This document shows positions 24,085 to 31,283 of a stretch of 31,283 nucleotides of DNA, piece by piece (positions within the stretch are counted from its first letter, which is position 1; each line of letters opens with the position of its first letter). The position numbers and the translations under genes are program-made. The stretch is from a virus. Taxonomy: Duplodnaviria; Caudoviricetes. The notes below the pieces were generated by a model. It saw only the letters and a list, made by a program, of their open reading frames with translations, was not told the DNA's origin and ran no database searches. Location of the stretch: the IMG/VR virus record IMGVR_UViG_3300048599_000033, positions 1 through 31,283 of that record; one strand, given 5' to 3'.

Positions 24085-24714
24085 TTAGTTCGGGATTTCT
24101 TCCCACACCAAGGTCAGGTTCATCACTGCCGAGGTCAGCGTGGCCGAGGCCGCGAAGCTGATCCAACCATACTGCGGGACGATGAACATGCCACCAAGGT
24201 CGACCCAATTCTGGCTACCGGGCCGCGTCGTGATGGCGCCCGTGTTCACGTCGCCGAGGGGATGAAAGAAGTTGCCGGCGGTCGACACCGTGCCAACACG
24301 GTAGGCCGTCGCCGCAGGGGCCGCGCCGCCGAGATAGCAATTCTTCACGCTGTCAACGGCGGTCGTGGAGCCGGGTGCGGAGGTCTGTCCCGTGCCGCCC
24401 GTCAGGCCGAGAATGCCAGCCGCCGCAGCAGCCGTCGAAAGGCCCCAACCCGCAGCAAGGATTGCAAGCTTGTGGGTGCTGGACGAATTCCAGAGCAGCG
24501 GCCCGCCCGTGCCGGCTGCGGTCGTGTAGATGACCGGCGCCGTAACGATGGCATGCGCCGTAAACAGTCGGCCGCGAAGGGCCTGTTCGTAGTAGCGGCC
24601 GTGCAACTGCGACGAGATCACGTCGCCCTGGTTGCCCATGCGGAAGCCCTGATTGGGCGTCTGGCCGTCGATGTATCGCTGTTCGCCAACCTGGCCGGTC
24701 ACAACATCAGTCAT
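24085..24714 (-). CDS. Virion structural protein (decoration-like)
   Basis: 209 aa, Thr/Gly/Ala-rich, beta-rich, ends WEEIPN. AGGAG SD, within the capsid cluster. Confidence 0.7.
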   Translation of the reverse strand: MTDVVTGQVGEQRYIDGQTPNQGFRMGNQGDVISSQLHGRYYEQALRGRLFTAHAIVTAPVIYTTAAGTGGPLLWNSSSTHKLAILAAGWGLSTAAAAAGILGLTGGTGQTSAPGSTTAVDSVKNCYLGGAAPAATAYRVGTVSTAGNFFHPLGDVNTGAITTRPGSQNWVDLGGMFIVPQYGWISFAASATLTSAVMNLTLVWEEIPN

Positions 24715-24742
24715 TGCCTTCTCCTATTCGGTCGCGCCGGTC

Positions 24743-25225
24743 TTAACCGGCGGCAACCTCAGTCACGGTGGGCGCCACGAGGCCGCGATAGATGATCTTG
24801 TAGGGGAGTTCCATGTCGGAAGTCGCGTCGGCGGACAGGACAATGAAAATCTGCACAGTCTCGCCGGCCGCGATCTTGCCGACCGGAACCTTCTGCATGC
24901 GCCCGGCCGCGTTCGTGCCGGACAGTGCGCCCTCGACATACGCCTCGCGCCGATAGTTGGTGCCGTCGACCTTGCGCGCGACCGCAATCTGGATCGTCGC
25001 CGAGCTTTCGACCGCGGCAAAGCCCGTCGTCGCCTTGGCAAGATCGATCTGGACTTCGACGTCGTCCAGCGAATTGTAGGCATTCGCGGCGATCGTCAGA
25101 ATTGCGTAGGGCGTCGATTCCGTCTGCGCGGAGTCGTCGATGTCGGTCGTGCCGGTCATCACCGAGAACGAGGTAAAGTCCTCGACGAGATTCTGCGGAA
25201 GGTCTTTTTGCTGCCATGCGGGCAT
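24743..25225 (-). CDS. Virion structural protein, hypothetical
   Basis: 160 aa, acidic and beta-rich. AAGGGA SD. Confidence 0.7.
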   Translation of the reverse strand: MPAWQQKDLPQNLVEDFTSFSVMTGTTDIDDSAQTESTPYAILTIAANAYNSLDDVEVQIDLAKATTGFAAVESSATIQIAVARKVDGTNYRREAYVEGALSGTNAAGRMQKVPVGKIAAGETVQIFIVLSADATSDMELPYKIIYRGLVAPTVTEVAAG

Positions 25226-25238
25226 AGTCGGATTCCCT

Positions 25239-25595
25239 TTAAGCGCGCTTCTTGCCGCGGATTTCGAGTTCGGCGTTGATGAAACTGTTGGCGTCGGCTT
25301 CGGTCACGTTCGACTGTGCCCCGAGCCGCTGCGCCAGCGAGCGGCGCTTCGGCCCTGACAGCGTTGCCCAATCGGGCGGGATGTCGACCGCGGCCTTGTC
25401 GCGCGGCTTGGGATCGAGCCTATCGTAAAGCGCGAGCACCTTGCCGCGAGACGCCATGTATTCCTCGACCGCGGCCTTTGCGGCGTCGTCGATCGGCTCC
25501 CAATTGCGGCCGGGGGGGAGGTCGGATTCAAACTCCTCCCCGGCGTCAATCAGGCGCCGAACGAACAATGCAGCGCGGGCGCGGTAGCGGGCCAT
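25239..25595 (-). CDS. Hypothetical protein following the capsid cement gene
   Basis: MARYRARAALFVRRLIDAGEEFE N-terminus plus a small helical C-terminal domain. Coupled via TGATG. Confidence 0.7.
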   Translation of the reverse strand: MARYRARAALFVRRLIDAGEEFESDLPPGRNWEPIDDAAKAAVEEYMASRGKVLALYDRLDPKPRDKAAVDIPPDWATLSGPKRRSLAQRLGAQSNVTEADANSFINAELEIRGKKRA

Positions 25596-26089
25596 CAGTT
25601 GATGCCCGTGGTGATGCCGCTGCGATACATGTCGTCAGCGAGCGGCGTGTCGGAGAGCCAGGCCGAAACCTTGCCCGACGTGAAATTTTCCGTGCCAACC
25701 GTGTAGTTGACGCAGATGTATCGCTTGTAGGTGCCGGGCGGCACCGGGATGCCCTTGGCGATCCAGTAGCCGGTCGCGAGCGTCGCTTCCGTGATCGTGC
25801 CGGACGTCCAGTGGACGGTCGGCGTTCCGTTCGACGTGTCCGCCGAGCTTTCCAGCGAGGCCACCAGCGTCGCCGCTTCGCCCGAGGAGTCCAGAACCGT
25901 GTGGACCCAGATGTAGAGATACATCTGCTTGCCGGCGCCGTAGTTCGAAGTCGTGTTCGCCGTCGGACCGCCGGTATCGCCGGAATTGATCGCGCCGCCC
26001 GAAGGCAGCGTGTCGTACACGTAGGTCGAGATCGCCGTCGCGGTCAGCGCCTGCTCGTCCGAGAGGAGTTCTTTTGCGTCGATGAGCAT
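25595..26089 (-). CDS. Capsid cement protein (Bbp16-like)
   Basis: MLIDAKELLSDEQALTATAIST...RYICVNYTV...TSGKVSAWL, immediately after the major capsid gene. Confidence 0.85.
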   Translation of the reverse strand: MLIDAKELLSDEQALTATAISTYVYDTLPSGGAINSGDTGGPTANTTSNYGAGKQMYLYIWVHTVLDSSGEAATLVASLESSADTSNGTPTVHWTSGTITEATLATGYWIAKGIPVPPGTYKRYICVNYTVGTENFTSGKVSAWLSDTPLADDMYRSGITTGIN

Positions 26090-26135
26090 GTCTTTCGCCT
26101 TTCAGGTCAAACGGGCTTTGGCGTCGGCGCGCGGG

Positions 26136-27131
26136 TCAGGTGATCCGCGCTTCGTCGGCCTGCATCTGATCCACCTTGCGGATCGGGATGCCGTCGAACA
26201 TCAGCTTCGGTCGGCCTTCCTCCTGGCCGAGCGTCAGATAGACGTTCGTCTGTTTCATGCACTGAATGCGGAGCATCGTCTTGACGGTGCGCGGCATGTA
26301 GATCGCGGGACGCCCGCCCATGCTCGACGGCAGCTTGTCGACCGCCGCGGCGAGCAGTTCGAGGATGGCAGCCGCGCCGGACTGCGCGACCAGCGCCGAC
26401 TTGTCGATGTTCGCGATGCGGACAACATGCCGCCAGTCGCGGACGACGAGGCCGCAATCCCACTGGAATTTTTCCTCGTAGGCGGTGAAGCGCCGGCCGG
26501 GCGATGCCGTGTCCAGCACTTCCTGCCGGCCAAGATCCTCGCGCTGGATACCGGCCTTCGATCCGCGCGGGAAGGTGCAGAACACCGTGCGCGGCGACCA
26601 ATTGACGATGAGGATGGAGGCGTTGTCGGTCCCGGTGCCGCCGCCGTCGATGATGTTCTCGCCGGACGCGGCCGAAAGGACATCGAAGCGCGGGAGGAAC
26701 CCGTTGAACTTCGCCGGGCTGGTGCCGACGTCGCCGTACAGCAGCGTCGCGGTGAAAGCCTGGTTGAAGCCCTCGAGGATGCCCATGGCCTCGTTCATGC
26801 GGACCCGTTCCCTGTTCGGGCTCATGTCGAGGAGCTTGGCGTCGACGGTCGAGCGGTTTTCCATCATGCCGAGCGGTTCGTCGATCTGCGCGTAGGTCGA
26901 CTTGGACGGCGTGACGCCCTCGTAGAAGCGGCGGAACGTCGGCTCCGGGATGCCGGTGCGGACGGACGAACGATGGTAGGTGCCGCCGTTGGCCTCCTCC
27001 CACGTCGCGTCGAACAGGATCTCGTTGTCCTGCGTCAGGAGTTCGACCACATCGACGATGTCGCCGTCGGGGCCGGTCTGCTTGGCAATGTCGGCCAGCG
27101 TCATGTTCGAGGAGGCAATTGCGGTCGCCAT
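26136..27131 (-). CDS. Major capsid protein (BPP-1/epsilon15-like HK97 fold)
   Basis: 331 aa with TLADIAK, VELLTQDNEIL, RTGIPEPTFRR, GLVVRDWRHVVRIANID and FDGIPIRKVD. Confidence 0.92.
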   Translation of the reverse strand: MATAIASSNMTLADIAKQTGPDGDIVDVVELLTQDNEILFDATWEEANGGTYHRSSVRTGIPEPTFRRFYEGVTPSKSTYAQIDEPLGMMENRSTVDAKLLDMSPNRERVRMNEAMGILEGFNQAFTATLLYGDVGTSPAKFNGFLPRFDVLSAASGENIIDGGGTGTDNASILIVNWSPRTVFCTFPRGSKAGIQREDLGRQEVLDTASPGRRFTAYEEKFQWDCGLVVRDWRHVVRIANIDKSALVAQSGAAAILELLAAAVDKLPSSMGGRPAIYMPRTVKTMLRIQCMKQTNVYLTLGQEEGRPKLMFDGIPIRKVDQMQADEARIT

Positions 27132-27134
27132 GGC

Positions 27135-27851
27135 TTAACCTTTCTGCTGTCCGTACCATCGCTTTTCGATGGGCAGTTCCTGTTTGGGTGGAGTCGGCAG
27201 ATCGCCCCCGGCTCCCGGCACGGCGCGTTGCACCATGCCCATGATCTTTTCGAGAGCGGTCACGGCCGCCGCGTCGGTCGCGTAAACGCGGACCGCTTCA
27301 AACTCATCGGCGGAGAGGTCGCCGCGATCCTTCAATCCCTTGAAGAACGACGCCACGGCCGTCTTGCGGTCGGACGCCTTCTCGCCAAGCTTCTTGTCCT
27401 CGGCGGCAATGCGCGCCGATTCCTCGGCATGCGCATGAATTTTCATCTGCGCGTCGAGCGCGACGAGATCGTTGATCGTGTCCTGGTCGAGCCCGCGCTT
27501 CTGCGCGAGGTCGCGGATCAGCGGAATGCGCGGGTCTTTTTCGTCGACGCCGACGTTGAAGCCTTCCGGCACCTTCACGGTTTCCGGCAACTTCACTTCG
27601 ATCTTGATGTCGTCGGCCTTGCGCGCGGCGAGCGCGGCGCGCTTCTCCGTTTCGGTCTGATGAAACGTCGAGATTTCCTGATAATGCTTGCCGAAGTCCT
27701 CGGTCTTGATCGCGCCGGACTTGTCATCCCAATGCGCTTCCGGCAGCCACTCCGGCCGCGTCGCCGCGGGAGGCGCCACAGCAGGCGCGGCCGGTGGCGC
27801 ACCCGTCGGAGCGGGAGCGGAGGATGCAGCAGGGGCAGGCGCGTCGGTCAT
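27135..27851 (-). CDS. Capsid scaffolding/assembly protein
   Basis: Pro/Ala-rich N-terminus, RPEWLPEAHW, helical body and ALEKIM. Directly upstream of the major capsid gene. Confidence 0.8.
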   Translation of the reverse strand: MTDAPAPAASSAPAPTGAPPAAPAVAPPAATRPEWLPEAHWDDKSGAIKTEDFGKHYQEISTFHQTETEKRAALAARKADDIKIEVKLPETVKVPEGFNVGVDEKDPRIPLIRDLAQKRGLDQDTINDLVALDAQMKIHAHAEESARIAAEDKKLGEKASDRKTAVASFFKGLKDRGDLSADEFEAVRVYATDAAAVTALEKIMGMVQRAVPGAGGDLPTPPKQELPIEKRWYGQQKG

Positions 27852-28123
27852 TCCGTTTTCCGTTTGGCCCGAAGGCCGGCGGCCATGTGCTTCTCAAGTT
27901 GCGCGACAAGGTGCCTTTGCCCCTCGAGAAACCACAACGCACTTTCCGAAAACGCGGGATTGAGGACGGCTTCGCGCGTCGCGCGCCGCATGAAAGTCAG
28001 CAGCGCCTGCCCGTCCGCCGACATGAAAACGCGCGCGCAAACGTCGTCGATCGTGTCCGCGCCGACGACCTTCTGCGGCTCGCGCTCGCGCTCGAAATCG
28101 GCCCAGGTGCGGCGGTCGCTCAT
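27848..28123 (-). CDS. Bbp19-like small protein
   Basis: VFMSADGQALL...LEGQR motif, between portal and scaffold. Confidence 0.75.
   Translation of the reverse strand: MSDRRTWADFEREREPQKVVGADTIDDVCARVFMSADGQALLTFMRRATREAVLNPAFSESALWFLEGQRHLVAQLEKHMAAGLRAKRKTE
27908..27942 (-). promoter_or_regulatory. Candidate late promoter inside the Bbp19-like gene, for scaffold/capsid
   Basis: GTGCGTTG (27942-27935)-N21-CACCTT, about 57 nt before the scaffold ATG. Confidence 0.55.
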
Positions 28124-29712
28124 ACCGCCCCCGGCAGAACGGCCGGCACGTTCACGTCGCCGCCCGGCACCGCGCCGGTCGCCTGCAGGACCGGCATCAG
28201 TTGCTTGATCGCGTTTTCGATGTCGCTGGCCTTGCGCGTGATCTCCGGCTCGATCCCGAGATCGGCCGATTGCTTCTGCGCGTAGGTCACGACGTCGATG
28301 ACGATGGCCGCGATCTGCGGCCCGAAGCGTGCGACCAGCAATTCCGCATACTTGTCGCGGCGGACGACCTTCTCCTGCTCCTGCGCGCGCAGCAGCGGCG
28401 ACACCGGCTGCAGCGTCAGGAAGCGCCCGTCGAGTTCGATCGGCTGCAGCGTCCCGCGCTTTTCCAGCAGATGCACGAAACGCCGGTAGAGCGGGTATTG
28501 CAGTTCAAGGACGAGGTTCGTGGCCGGCGTGCCCATGCGGCGCGCGCGTTCCGCCGCCTCATCCGCCCATTGCGTCGCGGTCGGAGGCGTCTTTCCAAGC
28601 TGTTCCGGCCGGTCCTGGTAATGCGCGCGGCGGATGGCGGAGCGCAGTTCGTCGCGCTCGAACACCGCCACGTCGAATTTCGCGCGGCTTTCGATGGCTT
28701 CCGGCGCATCGCTGCCCGGCGCGCGCGGGATCCACAGCCCGGCGCTGACGCCGTTGTCAAGATTGACCACGCCGTCGTCGACATAGCTGACCGCCGGGTC
28801 GACGTGCTTGTCGTAATTCTTGAGGTCGAGATAGCGGATATGGTTCAGCGTCTTGATCGCGGGCAGCGACCGATAGGTCGGCCCCACTCCGTGCGCCGTC
28901 GTCGGGTCGCGGCCCCATCGCGCCGTGATGTACGGGCTCGATCCGGCACCGAAATACTCCCGATGCACCAGCAGGTGCGAGCCTGACACGACGCAATAGA
29001 CGTGCTTCTCGTTTCCGCGATCGTTCCAGTCGCGCCAGCATCCCGAGACGATGTCGACTTCCGCGGAATCCTTGTCCTGCGGCTCGACGCCGAGCTTGTA
29101 CCATGCCGCATCCGGCCACAGCACTTCGGCTTCCGAGCGCCGGTATTTCCGTTCCGTATAATCGCCGTCGACGAAGCCATATGGCCCGCGCGTAATCAGC
29201 TTGTCCGTGATCGGGATGGCTTCGCAATGCAGCGGTTCGTGCGCGCCGATGTCGTTGACGATCAGCGACATCGTGCCGGGCCCAAGGTCGAGATAGGATT
29301 CCTGCAGCGCCTGGTACAGATTCGAGCGCGCCATTTCGGCGAACACGATCTTTTGCCGGCGCGCGAGCGGTTCGCGAATTCGCCGCTTGTCGCCTTCGTC
29401 CAGATGCTCAGCCGGCTCCTCTGTCAGCCAGTTGTTTTTCTGCGGCGTGAACGTGTTGAGCATGTCCGCCGCGAAATCCTCCAGCACCGTCTGGATCGTT
29501 TCGTCGAAATTTTCGTCGAGATCATCGTTCGGCTGGTTCTGGAAAAACTTGTGCCGCCACGGCATCGCGTGTTTGTAGCAATCCGCGATGCGCGCCTGGT
29601 GCCGGTTGCGGTCCTGCTTCGCGCGATCGACATTGCGCATCAGCGCCTTGACAAGCTTCTCCTCCTCGGAGGGCGGGACCGGCTTCGGCGGATTGAGCGG
29701 GGTGACGGCCAT
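28120..29712 (-). CDS. Portal protein (head-tail connector, T7 gp8/Bbp21-like)
   Basis: 530 aa with SNLYQALQESYLDLG, PYITARW...HGVGP, PTATQW and VSPLLRAQ. Confidence 0.92.
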   Translation of the reverse strand: MAVTPLNPPKPVPPSEEEKLVKALMRNVDRAKQDRNRHQARIADCYKHAMPWRHKFFQNQPNDDLDENFDETIQTVLEDFAADMLNTFTPQKNNWLTEEPAEHLDEGDKRRIREPLARRQKIVFAEMARSNLYQALQESYLDLGPGTMSLIVNDIGAHEPLHCEAIPITDKLITRGPYGFVDGDYTERKYRRSEAEVLWPDAAWYKLGVEPQDKDSAEVDIVSGCWRDWNDRGNEKHVYCVVSGSHLLVHREYFGAGSSPYITARWGRDPTTAHGVGPTYRSLPAIKTLNHIRYLDLKNYDKHVDPAVSYVDDGVVNLDNGVSAGLWIPRAPGSDAPEAIESRAKFDVAVFERDELRSAIRRAHYQDRPEQLGKTPPTATQWADEAAERARRMGTPATNLVLELQYPLYRRFVHLLEKRGTLQPIELDGRFLTLQPVSPLLRAQEQEKVVRRDKYAELLVARFGPQIAAIVIDVVTYAQKQSADLGIEPEITRKASDIENAIKQLMPVLQATGAVPGGDVNVPAVLPGAV

Positions 29713-29924
29713 CAGCCCTTGCCCAGCAGAGAGGTCAGGCCGGAGCCGGCGCCGAGCAGGCCGCGAACGCCGCCCGAGCGGTTGCGCAGGCGCGTTTCGA
29801 TTTTCAGTTGATCTTGCGTCTGTTCGATCTTGTCCGCTTCGGCGCGGGCCTGTTCGCGGTTACGTGCCGCAGTGACGGACGGGTCTTCCGACGGAGGCGG
29901 CGGCGATTTGAACAGGTTGCTCAT
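29712..29924 (-). CDS. Small pre-portal protein
   Basis: MSNLFKSPPPPSEDP...RAEA...RGLLG...TSLLG, typical of the gene before podoviral portals. Confidence 0.7.
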   Translation of the reverse strand: MSNLFKSPPPPSEDPSVTAARNREQARAEADKIEQTQDQLKIETRLRNRSGGVRGLLGAGSGLTSLLGKG

Positions 29925-30339
29925 CCACGATGCCCGAATTCGGCGCATCGACGATTTCGGCGCCATGCGCGATCAGGTGCCGATAAAGCCCATAGGGTGT
30001 GAGAGCGCGGCAACGCACGCCCAGCAGCGCCTTGATCTGCGCAACGCAAAAGCCCGTCGCCGGCTGCGTCGCCCGATCGTGTCCGGATTCAAACCGCACC
30101 ACCGCCGACGCGCCCGCGAACAACTGCCCGATCCATCCGTTTGCTTCTTCGGCGCGCAGCACTTCGACCACCGTCCCGCCCGCGACCGGGTCGACGATCA
30201 CCCACCGTTCCTGCGGGACGAACCATGCCGCGGCCGCGACGTGCCGGAAGCCCGGGCGCAGCAACCGGCACCACCAATGCGCCTGCCGCGTGTCCCCGAA
30301 GAAGATCACCCACAGGTGAGGCTCCGGCCGATCTACCAC
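29860..30339 (-). CDS. Hypothetical protein, possible permuted papain-like (His-before-Cys) peptidase
   Basis: GFRHVAA...GFCVAQIKALLG...LTPYGLYRHL, with GGAGG upstream. The 3' end overlaps the next gene by 65 nt. Confidence 0.6.
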   Translation of the reverse strand: MVDRPEPHLWVIFFGDTRQAHWWCRLLRPGFRHVAAAAWFVPQERWVIVDPVAGGTVVEVLRAEEANGWIGQLFAGASAVVRFESGHDRATQPATGFCVAQIKALLGVRCRALTPYGLYRHLIAHGAEIVDAPNSGIVDEQPVQIAAASVGRPVRHCGT

Positions 30340-31283
30340 CGCCGCAATCCTCCGGCCTTGCGCTGGAACGGATTGTAATCCGTGCGCGTCTGGATCGCCT
30401 TTGCCGGCTCCGCCGAGCCGCGCAGCACCATCCGCCCCTCGCCGCCGCCGAGCAGCCCGTATCCGAACGCATCGGCCGGGTCCGAATATTCGTCCTTCTC
30501 CGGCTCCTCCGCGTATCGCTCGCCGGCGACCTTCATGCGCCGGTAGTGCCAGCCGCCGTCGAGCGCCGCGATCAGCGTCGTGCAGGTCGGCGAGATCAGC
30601 ACCGCGGGCTTGCCTTCCGACATTCGCGTCAGGGCCGCCTCGATCGCCTGCAGCCGCACCGTGAACAGGAACGACGGCGCTTCCAGCACCGGCAACCGAT
30701 GCGCGCGGAAAATCTGGAACGGCACGTTGTCATCGTTCTGCCCGCGGAAGTCGCCCGACGGGTCGCCCCATATCTTGAAACGGAAGCCCGGGAACTTCTG
30801 CGCCAACTCGTTCCGCAGCATCGGCGCGAACTTGTCGGCGCCCATGTCGCGCGCGATCAATTCGTGCAGCACCGTCCACTGTCCGCGCAGGTGTTGCATG
30901 AAGATCGCGGCCGGCCGCCGCCCAAAATCCTGCCCGATCACAATCTCGACGCCTGGCATCGGCTCGATCGGATGCTTCGCCACATGCACCGCGCGATTGA
31001 AATCCCGCAGCACCGGCTTGCCATCGCGCCGCGGCGAAACGCGGTTCAGCACGTTCGCGTCGATCCAGCTTTTCGTCTTGCCCATCACGGCGTTTTCGTA
31101 ATAGGTCCGCCCGTCGACGCGCGGCAGATAGGTCAGATTTTCCGCCTTCGGATTCGGCACATACCCCGTGACCGAGCCTTCCGCGTCCTTCCGCTCGATC
31201 AGCCCCGCCGGTTGCGTGAAAAACGCCCACGATGCCGGCTTCACATGCGCGCGCCGCTGGTCGGCCGTAAACCAATCCGGCAC
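30333..31283 (-). CDS. Terminase large subunit, C-terminal nuclease part (5'-truncated by the window)
   Basis: AENL, IGQDFGRRPAA, WGDPSG and EKDEYSDPADAFGY RNase H-like acidic motifs. Upstream of the portal. Confidence 0.88.
   Translation of the reverse strand: MPDWFTADQRRAHVKPASWAFFTQPAGLIERKDAEGSVTGYVPNPKAENLTYLPRVDGRTYYENAVMGKTKSWIDANVLNRVSPRRDGKPVLRDFNRAVHVAKHPIEPMPGVEIVIGQDFGRRPAAIFMQHLRGQWTVLHELIARDMGADKFAPMLRNELAQKFPGFRFKIWGDPSGDFRGQNDDNVPFQIFRAHRLPVLEAPSFLFTVRLQAIEAALTRMSEGKPAVLISPTCTTLIAALDGGWHYRRMKVAGERYAEEPEKDEYSDPADAFGYGLLGGGEGRMVLRGSAEPAKAIQTRTDYNPFQRKAGGLRRW

Noticed and set aside
9529-28208. Long + strand ORFs (e.g. 9529-11856, 14598-17729, 26082-28208)
   Set aside because: They are antisense shadows of well-supported - strand genes in GC-rich DNA, with Arg-rich, motif-free translations.

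Overview
This window is part of a GC-rich tailed phage or prophage genome with podovirus-type (BPP-1/epsilon15/T7-supergroup-like) virion genes. The host is probably an alphaproteobacterium (inference). Two arms converge at about 5.15 kb. (i) The + strand arm (1-5.0 kb) is an accessory array of about 18 short genes. It includes an amino-DNA methyltransferase, a C5-cytosine-type methyltransferase, a class II Fic protein, a Tat-signal Cys-rich protein and several Cys/His-rich microproteins, and many gene junctions reuse short near-identical sequences. (ii) The - strand arm (31.3 to 5.2 kb) is the late operon: terminase (partial), portal, scaffold, major capsid, cement/decoration and fibre genes, tail tube A/B, three internal virion proteins, a split tail-fibre module and an extended lysis module. 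It ends at an intrinsic terminator. The main signals beyond the gene calls are: a GTGCGTTG-N21-(C/G)A(C/T)NGT-N6-7-ATG motif before four late genes that lack Shine-Dalgarno sites (candidate leaderless late promoters); the cassette-like junction repeats in the accessory arm; and a lysis unit that adds a secreted serine hydrolase and a secreted Cys-rich protein to a membrane-anchored GH108 endolysin. All product calls come from motifs, gene order and recalled family features, with no database searches.
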